64,000 nucleotides of DNA from a virus. The stretch is taken from positions 2,465 through 66,464 of the IMG/VR virus record IMGVR_UViG_3300046167_000417; one strand, 5' to 3'. Of this stretch, positions 33,801 to 42,430 are shown in pieces (position 1 is the first letter of the stretch; the number at the start of each line of letters is the position of its first letter). Made by a program: the position numbers and the translations under genes. The notes under the pieces are model-generated. The model saw only the letters and a program-made list of their open reading frames with translations. It ran no database searches and was not told the origin of the DNA.

Positions 33801-34639
33801 TTTACTTCTAAAGCAGCACCGCTATTATCTATTATAGAAATATCAGAACTACTTGGAGTTAAATCAATATTACCTATAATACTAACACCATTGCTTGCAG
33901 TTTCAAACTTTTTTAGACCATTATGAAACAACATTGTTTGAGCATTTGCAGCTCCATATAAAGCGTGTTCACCAGTTGAAGTATTAAGTTTAACATCTCC
34001 ATTAGCCTTTATCTCATTTACACCAGTAATATTGTTATTGCCCATTCCAATATTACCTGACATAGTTCCACCAGCTAGTGGTAAGTAAGCTCCAGTTGCT
34101 GTAGTGATAGCATTATCAACATATAGTTTATTAGCCGCGTCTGTATTTGCTGAAACAGTATCAACGCCTTGTATTCTACCAGTACCACCTAAAGTTATAT
34201 CACCACCCGAAACAGTTATATCACCACCAAAAGTTCCTGTTGTAGCTACATTTAAACCTGCATAACTTCTTAGTAATCCTAAAGTCTCAAGACCATCACT
34301 TACTCTAATAGCAGAATTAGCCGCTACTCTAGTCATAGTAAGTCCATTAATATTTATACCAGAATCAGTTGAAGAAATAAATGATGTAGCGGTAGCTGTT
34401 CCTGCAAAAGTTGCGTTACCATTGCTATTTAAAATTTCTAAAGCACGACTGCTTGTGCCGCCGTATGTTATATAAAGCTGAGTACCATCATTGTCTATTC
34501 TATTAGTGGAATTCGTACCTCCAGATGTTATATAAACATTTTCAGTAAAAACATTTGGAGTTATTACATTACTTGAAAAAGTTGCGTTGCCAGTAACGGT
34601 TAAAGTACCTTTTATGTCATAATTACAATATTGTATCAT
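30872..34639 (-). CDS. Tail fibre with C-terminal peptidase S74 intramolecular chaperone
   Basis: Gly/Thr/Ser-rich, DAANKxYVD repeats, SSDYRLKENI cleavage motif, GFLAHE, coiled-coil end. Confidence 0.88.
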   Translation of the reverse strand: MIQYCNYDIKGTLTVTGNATFSSNVITPNVFTENVYITSGGTNSTNRIDNDGTQLYITYGGTSSRALEILNSNGNATFAGTATATSFISSTDSGININGLTMTRVAANSAIRVSDGLETLGLLRSYAGLNVATTGTFGGDITVSGGDITLGGTGRIQGVDTVSANTDAANKLYVDNAITTATGAYLPLAGGTMSGNIGMGNNNITGVNEIKANGDVKLNTSTGEHALYGAANAQTMLFHNGLKKFETASNGVSIIGNIDLTPSSSDISIIDNSGAALEVKQGSDLYMRFITTNGGEHIEVNKNMEIQGLTATAATFSSTVTVSNGQIVLNGTGRIQGVDTVSASTDAANKAYVDSQIATIPSGLNFQGNWNASTNSPTLTSGSGTPGFYYNVSVAGSTNLDGETDWQVGDWAVFVEAGATDKWEKIDNTSALTGVGVSGRVTFWNGTNTLSSNSNFTYDGNNLAVGGSMTWSGGSSTESNLAYDRSITSFSDSGTSTVTLTIGRQDGNSLSTSFNVPQGTVTGTGSNNRLALWNGTTAIDSNENLSISGNDLAIGTQAGTTTARLLLYGTTANNGASVIKTTNGNLHIDSDDGHSTYVNYYTGTDTGSSLVIGNGASGTSGTFFQATGAATIGGDLTISGGDITLSGTGRIQGVDTVSASTDAANKAYVDAHTSGVQTINEGDGIKKSGTASSVTISANYDSGDSDNLIHAATAVNSINGASSGYAAYVLAAESNPGLAAGPVNKIRVSDIHLDDFGAAEANINLNSNKITNLSTPTVSTDAATKAYVDAVPTGNVSGSGLSTRIAFWSGGSSLTSDQDLTFAVGTNRLSSGNYIIPNNGDYLGTDTSGAARTLITLDNSNNVEISNAALSASSDTNIYFGDNFRIKDGGSTRFSVQSNGTISGNGNTFNSGPINLEEDNKIIFDDDGDQWNYIQATSGDMEMGVGGNGLTLRNIEENIYGEITVNTLRNVVDNFITNSTATYIPVYTSASSSTPQVQRQQTPAKFIENNGIVKGAPGTSGRVAVWTGSGFTNSIGSDTLYWNSTNNVLGVNYSGSTFNSGAVQIQGPTSNSGGIGLQIYNSTSGAPYGAHGIFVNGPRYGNAGISVKNPNVGSTFMRFYSSSGSSVGTISQSGSSSTSYNTSSDYRLKENIEPMSGSIERIKALKPCRFNFIEEEIKDKKGVKRKVDGFLAHEASGVVPEAVTGQKDELDYKGDPEYQSIDQSKLVPLLTSALQEALAKIESLETRLDTLEQKK

Positions 34640-34686
34640 TTACGTTGGTTTTATCATTAATTTAATTAAATTTGATTTATATGACA

Positions 34687-37161
34687 CTATCCAATTTTCT
34701 CAACAAGAACTCTTATTCCACCTGCTGGGAACGAGTTTCCTGATATAAGAACAGCATTTACACTTGTTCTATCTACACATGCATGAACTGTTTCTTTAGT
34801 AGTGTTGTCAAATAACTGCACTGAAACATCGTAAGAATTTAAATTATGTGTAACTGATCCAAATGCGCTTAATGTAGCGGCGTGACCAGAAGCTTGTCTA
34901 GCATAGTTCGATACAGCATCAATTGTAGTTGTGTTGTTTGTATCTGTGTCAACGTTATAGTATATTAACTTATCAGCAGCTACTATTGTTGAACTTGATG
35001 TACCTTTAATATCAAGACCAACTTTTGGTATAGGACCTGTACTACTTGTTACTATAATACCTTTTTCATCATTAGTTGTTGAAGCTTGTACAGCTGTAAC
35101 ATCACCTTGTGGTATAGCTGGAAAAGTAACTAAATTACCCTCACCATTTATGTACTGGCTAGAAGAACCAACAACATCTATATCAATAGCCGGTGCTGTG
35201 GTTGGATTACCAACGCTTACAGTAAACGCATTCCCTTCATGTGAAGCACTAACGTTAGTCACTGTACCTCCTGAGTTGTTGTCTGACCAAGGTACGTTAA
35301 CTACTAAGTTATCTCCTGAATCAACTTGAATCTTATATGTTCTATTTGTATTTGATGATGAGCTATTTGCTGCGACAGTTTGTGTTCCGTCTACGTTTGC
35401 GTTTATAGTATTTCCTGACAAGCTTAAACCTGTACCTGCAGCTCTTTGTGTGTTTGTATCTGTTGATGTTATAGTTAAAGTATCTCCAGCTACAGAGGTA
35501 GTAACGTTTGCGCCACCTGTTATAGTTAGCGTATCATTGTTATTATCTGCAACCGCTGTACCTGAATCAGATGCTACGTTTTTAAATATGTTCTGACTTG
35601 ATCCTCTATCTAAGTTTGTTAATGTAGCTGTACCTGCTGAGTATGTAACACCTATTTGGTTAGATGTTCCGTTTACATTACCTAAACCAACTGTTGTTAA
35701 TGTCGCTAGATCTGTATCGGATTGAACAACTATAAAGTCGCCTTCAACAGAAGCTCCCGCTGCTGCAGCTGTTTGAACTATAACTGAATCACCAGGTGTT
35801 AAAGGTGTTGCGGCGTTTCCAAAGAAATTACCAGCAACTGTTACTACGTAGTAATCACCTACTGCAACTGCAACTCTACCGGCACCTGATGTTAAATTAC
35901 CACCACCGACTATTGCACCGGTACTGGCATTGAAACCACCCTTAAACTCTAATAAACCAGTTAATGAAGATTGCACGAAAGCAGTTGTTGCTATTTTAGT
36001 AGAACTATCACCAGAATTTGGTGTTATAACATAACCATAACCAGAACCGTCTCTTGCTACAATTTTATTTGCTGTAGCCGCGACTGTTGCTTCAACATCA
36101 AGCTCAACTGAGCCAGAAGCTCCACCGCCAGTTAAATAATCTCCAGCTACTACTTCAGTTATGTCACCTTGAGGTATTGCTGGGAAAGTAACTCTATCAC
36201 CTTCACCATTTACATATTCAGAAGAAGTTCCTTGCCATACACCTGTCATGGTTGTTGAACCAGACCCTGTAACTGTGTTTGAAACTACATTTAAAGCAGT
36301 ACCGTCTGTTTTAAAGTTAACAGCCGTTACACCAGATACTGTTCCTGCTGGAGCAAATGGTAAGTCAGAAACTAAACCTCTTTTAACAGCATCACTAGCG
36401 GAAGAATCTCCATATATAATAATATCAGCTGTGTTTATAGCAGTTCCTTCAGCGTCTGGGGCTTTAACCACAACGTTGTTTGTACCTGTATATTCTACGT
36501 TTACTTCTGGAGTTGCCGTAGATCCGTCATCTATTCTAATACCATCACCAGCGTCTACACCTGTTACATCACCTACAGCAGATATAGTAACCGCACCTGT
36601 TGATCCACTTATAGATATATTAGAACCAGCTACAATACTTGTTACACCTGAGTTTGTTATTGTTAATGTATTTGGAGATGCAGCTGCATCAGCTAATGAA
36701 ATTCCTGTACCGCTAATAAAGTTTACAACTTCACCGTCAACCATATCAATAGCAGTTCCACCATCTGTTTGGTATTGCCATTTAGTATATGCTCCTGCTG
36801 GAGTTGCCCATACATTATCACCTCTTAAAAACTTAGTAGCACTAGGCGTACCAGTAGCAGAAAGATCCGCTGTTGTTGTTATTGCTCCTGAGGTTGCATT
36901 TTGAGTTATGTCTATAAAAGTACCGTCAGTTGGTGTTAAACTTATAACCCCAGATCCTGAACCATCCATTTCTACCCAAGCACTTCCGTTGTAAAAGTAC
37001 ATTTTTTTATCACCAACAGTAGTATCATAGTACATTTGACCTTCAACAGGTGAAGATGGTTGGCTTGCTGAGTTTTCAATTACCGGTTCCAGTAACTGGT
37101 TTTTATTCATCTCGATGTTTGATCCAACCATTCCGATTGAACAGTAATAATTAATAGGCAT
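34687..37161 (-). CDS. Tail fibre-like protein (824 aa)
   Basis: Beta-rich repeats, KIATTAFV, VTHNLNS C-terminus. Confidence 0.75.
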   Translation of the reverse strand: MPINYYCSIGMVGSNIEMNKNQLLEPVIENSASQPSSPVEGQMYYDTTVGDKKMYFYNGSAWVEMDGSGSGVISLTPTDGTFIDITQNATSGAITTTADLSATGTPSATKFLRGDNVWATPAGAYTKWQYQTDGGTAIDMVDGEVVNFISGTGISLADAAASPNTLTITNSGVTSIVAGSNISISGSTGAVTISAVGDVTGVDAGDGIRIDDGSTATPEVNVEYTGTNNVVVKAPDAEGTAINTADIIIYGDSSASDAVKRGLVSDLPFAPAGTVSGVTAVNFKTDGTALNVVSNTVTGSGSTTMTGVWQGTSSEYVNGEGDRVTFPAIPQGDITEVVAGDYLTGGGASGSVELDVEATVAATANKIVARDGSGYGYVITPNSGDSSTKIATTAFVQSSLTGLLEFKGGFNASTGAIVGGGNLTSGAGRVAVAVGDYYVVTVAGNFFGNAATPLTPGDSVIVQTAAAAGASVEGDFIVVQSDTDLATLTTVGLGNVNGTSNQIGVTYSAGTATLTNLDRGSSQNIFKNVASDSGTAVADNNNDTLTITGGANVTTSVAGDTLTITSTDTNTQRAAGTGLSLSGNTINANVDGTQTVAANSSSSNTNRTYKIQVDSGDNLVVNVPWSDNNSGGTVTNVSASHEGNAFTVSVGNPTTAPAIDIDVVGSSSQYINGEGNLVTFPAIPQGDVTAVQASTTNDEKGIIVTSSTGPIPKVGLDIKGTSSSTIVAADKLIYYNVDTDTNNTTTIDAVSNYARQASGHAATLSAFGSVTHNLNSYDVSVQLFDNTTKETVHACVDRTSVNAVLISGNSFPAGGIRVLVEKIG

Positions 37162-37180
37162 AATTTATTTTTTTGTTTTG

Positions 37181-37885
37181 TTAGTTTAAAAATGAAGACC
37201 CCGTGACAGGTATGTCAAAGTCTACTGTTATTGTTGTTGCGTTAGTATAATCAATACAACCAAATATAACTTGATCTTGCGCATTCACAAGTGTTACAGA
37301 TGGTTCTGCTTTACCAGTTGTGTTATTTATCACCCATTGGTTAGATGATCCAAAGTCCTGTCTTATACTTACTCCAGAGCCTCCAGTTATATCAAAATGA
37401 ATTAAAGTATATTGTGTGCCTTCTGTAGCTACGGTACCATTACCTCCTATGTATGTTAAGGTTGCGATATAGTAACTACTTGTTTGTGGGTCTACGACAT
37501 AAGTATCCAATGTGTAATGACCAAATTGGCTTATTTGATCACCTTGACCTAATAATATAGGTTTACCCGTTATATATTCTAAAAACTTAACTACGTTTTG
37601 TCCGTTTAGTTCTTTAGTAGATATTCTTATTTGAGTTAAATTGTTAAAGCTAGAGCCAGAACCACCACCACCTGTTTTAGATATAGTGCCAACACCGCCA
37701 TTTTGAGTATCTGACCATTTAAAAGACATTTGCCCACCGATGTTTACTTTAGCGTTTAAGTTTAAGTAATTAGCTACAGCGGAAGCTGTAAACTGTCTGG
37801 TTAATCTATTTGTGGCTTCAGTTCCTATCCACGCATCATTATCCGAAATTACTGTATCAAATGGATACGAACTTATTCTTGCCAT
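37181..37885 (-). CDS. Putative virion/tail-associated protein
   Basis: ORF upstream of the fibre genes; MARISSYP start. Confidence 0.6.
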   Translation of the reverse strand: MARISSYPFDTVISDNDAWIGTEATNRLTRQFTASAVANYLNLNAKVNIGGQMSFKWSDTQNGGVGTISKTGGGGSGSSFNNLTQIRISTKELNGQNVVKFLEYITGKPILLGQGDQISQFGHYTLDTYVVDPQTSSYYIATLTYIGGNGTVATEGTQYTLIHFDITGGSGVSIRQDFGSSNQWVINNTTGKAEPSVTLVNAQDQVIFGCIDYTNATTITVDFDIPVTGSSFLN

Positions 37886-37888
37886 GTG

Positions 37889-38380
37889 TTATTTGTATAT
37901 TCTTATTTCTATCATTCCGTTTGTAACGTCATCTACAAAGCTACCATCAGCATTGTCTATATTGGTAACTCTTATGTAGTTTGGTCCAGCTGTTTTTATA
38001 CTAACAGACTTTGACCCTGTAGAAGCAGGTGTAGAAATTCCCTTGTCTTCCCATGCAGAAACTGTTGCATATACTTTTTCTGTAAAACTAGCAGAAGCTG
38101 TTAAGTCATAAGAACCTATACCCAGTCTTGTCCAAGTCCATGTTAGACCTGTTGTGTTTTGTAGTATGTTTGACACCGGTACACCTGAACTTCCTTGTTG
38201 ACTCCACCTAGCTACATACGTTGTGTAGGCAGCTGTTGGATTAGCAAATCCTGCTATCGAGCTTACTGTAAAGTTTGTGGTGGTTGGCTGGTCGTCTGTG
38301 TTGGGTAGAGGTACACTTGTTCCAAGCAGTAGGTCATTTACCTTAGGTGTTCCTGTTGGGTACGCTGTTATGTTAGCCAT
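37889..38380 (-). CDS. Putative virion/tail-associated protein
   Basis: ORF; MANITAYP start resembles the neighbouring gene. Confidence 0.6.
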   Translation of the reverse strand: MANITAYPTGTPKVNDLLLGTSVPLPNTDDQPTTTNFTVSSIAGFANPTAAYTTYVARWSQQGSSGVPVSNILQNTTGLTWTWTRLGIGSYDLTASASFTEKVYATVSAWEDKGISTPASTGSKSVSIKTAGPNYIRVTNIDNADGSFVDDVTNGMIEIRIYK

Positions 38381-38708
38381 TTAGTTGTTTTTTTCTTGTT
38401 CTTATATATTATATATACTTACACAATTACTTCTTTTTTTACATAGGGTGTGACACTAGCCCCTTACTTATATCTCTTATAAGGCTTATGTCCTGTTTTT
38501 AAAAAATCGTTACGTATATAGGGGTATAGCACTGCCCCCTTTCTTTCACTAGCCAAACTCTCAGGAAAATGCAATTTATTTCGCCGGGCCCCCATTGTTT
38601 TCTAGCTTTCCAGCGTATATATACGAACTTTTGCTGGCCCCCTCCCCCTATATTTAGACTTTTTTCTCTAATTTTTCACATGCTATTCTATATATTTAAA
38701 GAGATTTT

Positions 38709-38741
38709 ACACAAGAAATACAGAATCAGTTTGATAATATA
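38709..38741 (+). promoter_or_regulatory. Early-region motif copy 1 (ACA-N4-AAATAC-N11-GATAATAYA)
   Basis: Exact consensus match upstream of ORF 38781. Confidence 0.75.
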
Positions 38742-38780
38742 TATGTAACTAAAATACTAATAACAATTAAACTAAACAAT

Positions 38781-38852
38781 ATGCTATTACTTGTCATCGC
38801 ACTACCAATCGCTCTCATCGCTACATTCCTTAGATCTGGAAACAATAGCTAA
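38781..38852 (+). CDS. Hydrophobic micropeptide (23 aa)
   Basis: MLLLVIALPIALIATFLRSGNNS after motif copy 1 and an A-rich leader. Confidence 0.4.
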   Translation: MLLLVIALPIALIATFLRSGNNS

Positions 38853-38860
38853 TCGCTAAG

Positions 38861-38943
38861 TGACACATTGTCATGACATTACAAAGTATAATACTTATAA
38901 TAGTATATGACACAATGACACACTGTGGTATGACATAACGACA
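38861..38943. repeat. Cluster of TGACA pentamers (direct and inverted)
   Basis: TGACA at 38861, 38874, 38908, 38916, 38931; TGTCA at 38869; CGACA at 38939. Confidence 0.6.
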
Positions 38944-38975
38944 TATTAAACAACTAAACAAACATACACATTTAT

Positions 38976-39008
38976 ACATACAAAATACAAAACACAATTG
39001 ATAATATA
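38976..39008 (+). promoter_or_regulatory. Early-region motif copy 2
   Basis: ACA-taca-AAATAC-N11-GATAATATA. Confidence 0.75.
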
Positions 39009-39056
39009 AATGTAACTAAATAACTAAATAATAATAATAACTTAAATATCTTAACT

Positions 39057-39284
39057 ATGCAAAATTTAAATTCAAAAAGATTTGTAATCAGAAAATCTTT
39101 AATCGGCAAAAACACTACAATCAATGTAGTATTCACTAACGGCAAAACTGTCACTTACAATCACGATAAAGTGTATGAAGTAATGAAGTCTAAATTAGAC
39201 ACTATGAACTGCTGGCACAAGTATAAATCATATACTTCTTCAACTAGCGTTCCAGTAATCTGTCGTGAAGTAGTAGAAAAATAG
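39057..39284 (+). CDS. Hypothetical early protein (75 aa)
   Basis: ORF after motif copy 2, followed by a hairpin. Confidence 0.7.
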   Translation: MQNLNSKRFVIRKSLIGKNTTINVVFTNGKTVTYNHDKVYEVMKSKLDTMNCWHKYKSYTSSTSVPVICREVVEK

Positions 39285-39305
39285 TATACTACTTCAAATA
39301 CAAAC

Positions 39306-39381
39306 AGACATAACGGTTTCACTCTGCATTTTGACTACGTGAGCTCTACTTTGTGAGGTGGTTCGATTCCACTAATGTCTA
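39306..39381 (+). ncRNA. tRNA-like element 1 (acceptor stem and T arm, non-canonical middle)
   Basis: AGACAT/ATGTCT stem, GGTGG-TTCGATT-CCACT, then A-CTAA. Confidence 0.65.
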
Positions 39382-39405
39382 CTAATAACTAATAATAATA
39401 TAAAT

Positions 39406-39585
39406 ATGAACAGAAAATTTATTCACTACGTACTAATCAAAATAACAGACATCGCTATTAAAGGATTTATAGCATCACTTGCAACCTTAGCCTTTGGCGG
39501 AATAGCTTACTTCATCTTCATGATGATAACAGGTCAAGTAGATTACTCAGCGATGGATTCTATTCCATGTGGAATATGTAAATAA
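39406..39585 (+). CDS. Small membrane protein (59 aa)
   Basis: One hydrophobic helix, C-terminal CGIC. Confidence 0.55.
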   Translation: MNRKFIHYVLIKITDIAIKGFIASLATLAFGGIAYFIFMMITGQVDYSAMDSIPCGICK

Positions 39586-39589
39586 GTTC

Positions 39590-39622
39590 ACACAGTAAAT
39601 ACAATATCTATATGATAATATA
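39590..39622 (+). promoter_or_regulatory. Early-region motif copy 3
   Basis: ACA-cagt-AAATAC-N11-GATAATATA. Confidence 0.75.
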
Positions 39623-39627
39623 ATAAA

Positions 39628-39768
39628 ATGAAACGTATAAAATACATATCGCTCTTATCACTCTGGCTACAAAGTAACCATGAAATACTACCAGTTCTTC
39701 CACAAGAATTACTCGATGAAGTATATGTATACCAACGCTTCCAAACTAAACTAATTAATAATCTTTAA
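39628..39768 (+). CDS. Small hypothetical protein (46 aa)
   Basis: ORF directly after motif copy 3. Confidence 0.5.
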   Translation: MKRIKYISLLSLWLQSNHEILPVLPQELLDEVYVYQRFQTKLINNL

Positions 39769-39780
39769 AACAATATAACT

Positions 39781-39900
39781 ATGTCTACATTTTCATACAC
39801 ATTACTAAAAATATCTTGGCGACTATACGACAAGCATTACACTAAATTAACTGACGAGCAAAAGTCTAAAGTTATGGATATCTACTACGATTTCTACTAG
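39781..39900 (+). CDS. Small hypothetical protein (39 aa)
   Basis: ORF with A-rich leader. Confidence 0.5.
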   Translation: MSTFSYTLLKISWRLYDKHYTKLTDEQKSKVMDIYYDFY

Positions 39901-39958
39901 TGTACATAAAGGTGACTATCCGAACCTGCGGGCAACGAGCTTAACTGGATAGAACAAA

Positions 39959-39999
39959 AGACATAATGGTTAACGTGAGTTCGATTCTCACCATGTCTA
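39959..39999 (+). ncRNA. tRNA-like element 2 (41-nt minimal top half)
   Basis: AGACATA-ATGGTTAAC-GTGAG-TTCGATT-CTCAC-CATGTCT-A-CTAA. Confidence 0.7.
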
Positions 40000-40028
40000 C
40001 TAATAATAACTTTTAAAATAATAATACT

Positions 40029-40163
40029 ATGCAATTTATACTTACATGCCAAAACGGCAAGCAAATAGATATGTCAAGCGACGTACTAAAACAAATGAGC
40101 GGCGAGATAACTCGTGAAGACGTTCAAGAAAGAATAACCTTCTATCAAAATACTAATAAATAA
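40029..40163 (+). CDS. Small hypothetical protein (44 aa)
   Basis: ORF with A-rich leader. Confidence 0.55.
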   Translation: MQFILTCQNGKQIDMSSDVLKQMSGEITREDVQERITFYQNTNK

Positions 40164-40164
40164 T

Positions 40165-40296
40165 ATGGATTTACTAGACTACATTGACTGGAATGGAATA
40201 TGTGAAGATAATGATTTAAAATATGGTGATCTATCACCTCATCAATATCAACAACTAGAAATAATAATAAAAGAATTTATAAAACAAAATAAATAA
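40165..40296 (+). CDS. Small hypothetical protein (43 aa)
   Basis: ORF, tightly packed. Confidence 0.55.
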   Translation: MDLLDYIDWNGICEDNDLKYGDLSPHQYQQLEIIIKEFIKQNK

Positions 40297-40301
40297 TAAC
40301 T

Positions 40302-40562
40302 ATGGCTAAATACAGAAATGCAGAATATTTCCACAAAGAGTGGATTGCGTATAACGGCGAACATTGCTCAGCTTATACTTGTAACGACGTAGACTTACTA
40401 AGAGGCTACAACACAGTATCATTTCCTGCAAAAACAGAAGCAGAAATGAAAGAAAAAATAGATCACTACATAGATAATAGATCTAATATACTAAAAGGTC
40501 TCGAGCTAGAGCGTAAAGCAGCGGCTGTATTCTATCAAACCTTAGACTATAAAGGCGACTAA
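40302..40562 (+). CDS. Hypothetical protein
   Basis: ORF of 86 aa. Confidence 0.65.
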   Translation: MAKYRNAEYFHKEWIAYNGEHCSAYTCNDVDLLRGYNTVSFPAKTEAEMKEKIDHYIDNRSNILKGLELERKAAAVFYQTLDYKGD

Positions 40563-40563
40563 T

Positions 40564-40743
40564 ATGACTATGAGAGAACTAAGAGAAGTTTTTGGTCAAA
40601 AGGTGATCGACTTCACAATAAGTAAAGATCTATTATGTTATGATGAGATAATGGATAGAGATTACTTAGAGGAAAGAATAAGATTTTATGTAGATACACA
40701 ACAAATACAAATTGAGTTGGATAATACAAATGTAACAAATTAA
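40564..40743 (+). CDS. Small hypothetical protein (59 aa)
   Basis: ORF, tightly packed. Confidence 0.5.
   Translation: MTMRELREVFGQKVIDFTISKDLLCYDEIMDRDYLEERIRFYVDTQQIQIELDNTNVTN
40696..40728 (+). promoter_or_regulatory. Early-region motif copy 4
   Basis: ACA-caac-AAATAC-N11-GATAATACA. Confidence 0.7.
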
Positions 40744-40753
40744 CAAATAAACT

Positions 40754-40954
40754 ATGCTAAAATTAAAACAAGTCAATTCGACTACTATTAAAATCGACGG
40801 CAAAACCTACAAAGGTTATACTGTTGGCGATTTACCAAAAAGATTTGCTTTCATTTATAATGAAGAAAAAGATCAAGAAGGTATCACTGAGTTTTTCAAC
40901 TTCAAAGGTCTTACTTATGTTGAATATAACCCTTCAATATGGTCTTATGTCTAA
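40754..40954 (+). CDS. Hypothetical protein
   Basis: ORF of 66 aa. Confidence 0.65.
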   Translation: MLKLKQVNSTTIKIDGKTYKGYTVGDLPKRFAFIYNEEKDQEGITEFFNFKGLTYVEYNPSIWSYV

Positions 40955-41201
40955 TCCAAAAAACATGAAAGAAGCATGCCTCTATGTAGAACAGGCAAGA
41001 AAAAATCGTGGTCGCGAGCATAGGCGTGTCCACTCCCATGAAGTATGCGGCAGACTGACTGATAGCGAATGGCTGTCTGTAGTTACAAGGCAAAAGAAAA
41101 CGTTTGCTAAAGGTAAGACGTTTGCCCATACTGCAAGGTGGAATGATCACCACGAAAAGTGGGATTTAAAAACAGTAAAAAATAAATACAATAAACTATG
41201 A
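40947..41201 (+). CDS. Hypothetical basic protein
   Basis: Likely start ATG 40947 (MSNPKN). Confidence 0.6.
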   Translation: MSNPKNMKEACLYVEQARKNRGREHRRVHSHEVCGRLTDSEWLSVVTRQKKTFAKGKTFAHTARWNDHHEKWDLKTVKNKYNKL

Positions 41202-41317
41202 GTAAAATAAAAAACCCGTGGGATTTAGCCTACGAATTAAACAAAGATAATTATAGTAGAGCAGATATAGATGATATGTTGTTCTGTGAAGTAGAAGAAT
41301 TAATAAATCAAGAATAA
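41198..41317 (+). CDS. Small hypothetical protein (39 aa)
   Basis: ATGA overlap with the upstream gene. Confidence 0.55.
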   Translation: MSKIKNPWDLAYELNKDNYSRADIDDMLFCEVEELINQE

Positions 41318-41563
41318 ATGAAAGATAATATTAGAGTAAACGGATGGGACTTCGAGTATGTAAGTCAAGATGATGGTAACGACCAGTTTTACCAGTGTAG
41401 AGGTGAGGTAATGTATGATGACGAGCATGACCAAATACCTGAACCAGCGTTGTGGAATGCAGCGTTGAAGTTAGAAGAACAGTTAACCGAAGAAGGTTAT
41501 AGATGTGATGCAAATCATTCAGAAAAAGGTTGGGTTGAAGTAACAATATATAATAAGATATAA
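41318..41563 (+). CDS. Acidic hypothetical protein
   Basis: ORF of 81 aa. Confidence 0.65.
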   Translation: MKDNIRVNGWDFEYVSQDDGNDQFYQCRGEVMYDDEHDQIPEPALWNAALKLEEQLTEEGYRCDANHSEKGWVEVTIYNKI

Positions 41564-41564
41564 T

Positions 41565-41762
41565 ATGGAAAAAGTAAAAGACTATGTAGAAAGTGAATTA
41601 AAAATGTTAGATAGAGGTATTGTAGCCACACCTAATCAAGATTACCTTTTACAATTTACAGAAGCTAACAATGGAAGTAATGATTACTTACTAATGCAAA
41701 TGGCAAAAAACTATGGCTATAAAATAGCTTTATTAAATATAAAAGATAGATTTTATGAGTAG
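41565..41762 (+). CDS. Hypothetical protein
   Basis: ORF of 65 aa. Confidence 0.6.
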   Translation: MEKVKDYVESELKMLDRGIVATPNQDYLLQFTEANNGSNDYLLMQMAKNYGYKIALLNIKDRFYE

Positions 41763-41970
41763 AATGAAAGAAATAGACGAAATAGCACAAGGTATTGCTG
41801 ACGTCACTAAAGAATTAATGTATGATAGTATACATTGGCAAATAGCAGATCAACACGTTGAAGGTGATTCTTACAACGACTTGCACGATTATGTTATGGC
41901 TAAGGCTATTGAGTATATGTATTTATCTCAAGAGAGATTTCCACACAAACAAAATACGATTTCAAATTGA
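41755..41970 (+). CDS. Hypothetical protein
   Basis: ORF of 71 aa. Confidence 0.6.
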   Translation: MSRMKEIDEIAQGIADVTKELMYDSIHWQIADQHVEGDSYNDLHDYVMAKAIEYMYLSQERFPHKQNTISN

Positions 41971-41977
41971 TAATATA
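41945..41977 (+). promoter_or_regulatory. Early-region motif copy 5
   Basis: ACA-aaca-AAATAC-N11-GATAATATA. Confidence 0.75.
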
Positions 41978-42002
41978 AATGTAACTATTAAAATAATAAA
42001 CT

Positions 42003-42191
42003 ATGTATTGTAAATGCGGCACAGAAGTGCACCCTATCAGAATAAATTATGGCTATAAAACTTGTGTTCCTTGCAGCACTGTAGAAGATTACAGTTATAT
42101 TCCTATAATAAATCACAAGACAGGTAATACAATACAAGTTGTTAGCCAAGAAGTAAGTGCATCAGTGCACAGAGCTTGGCGACGTAAGTAG
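42003..42191 (+). CDS. Small Zn-finger protein
   Basis: CKCG...R...Y..CVPC (DksA/TraR-finger-like spacing). Confidence 0.65.
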   Translation: MYCKCGTEVHPIRINYGYKTCVPCSTVEDYSYIPIINHKTGNTIQVVSQEVSASVHRAWRRK

Positions 42192-42427
42192 ACTGTCGCT
42201 GTGTGTACTCAGGGAGGAGATGACACGGCAGGTCTAATAGCTACTGTGGAGGGATTAGTACGGCTACGGTATTTTAAGTAGTTAAGCTAACGAAGATCCT
42301 CTAAGGTAGTAAATAGCTAGACTAGTAGCTTAATTAGGTATGATTAAAGGCGAACGAAGATTAATTAGAAGCATCATTGCATCACCTTCTATTCGGCTCG
42401 ATGATTACACATAAGTGAATAGCTAGC
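42189..42427 (+). ncRNA. Structured non-coding RNA candidate (three consecutive stem domains)
   Basis: Closing helices 42189-93/42232-36, 42240-45/42305-10, 42316-20/42423-27; no ORF; higher GC than flanks. Confidence 0.55.
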
Positions 42428-42430
42428 GGG

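Noticed and set aside
39916-39952. Self-cleaving ribozyme or riboswitch
   Set aside because: No hammerhead, twister or preQ1 core residues recognised
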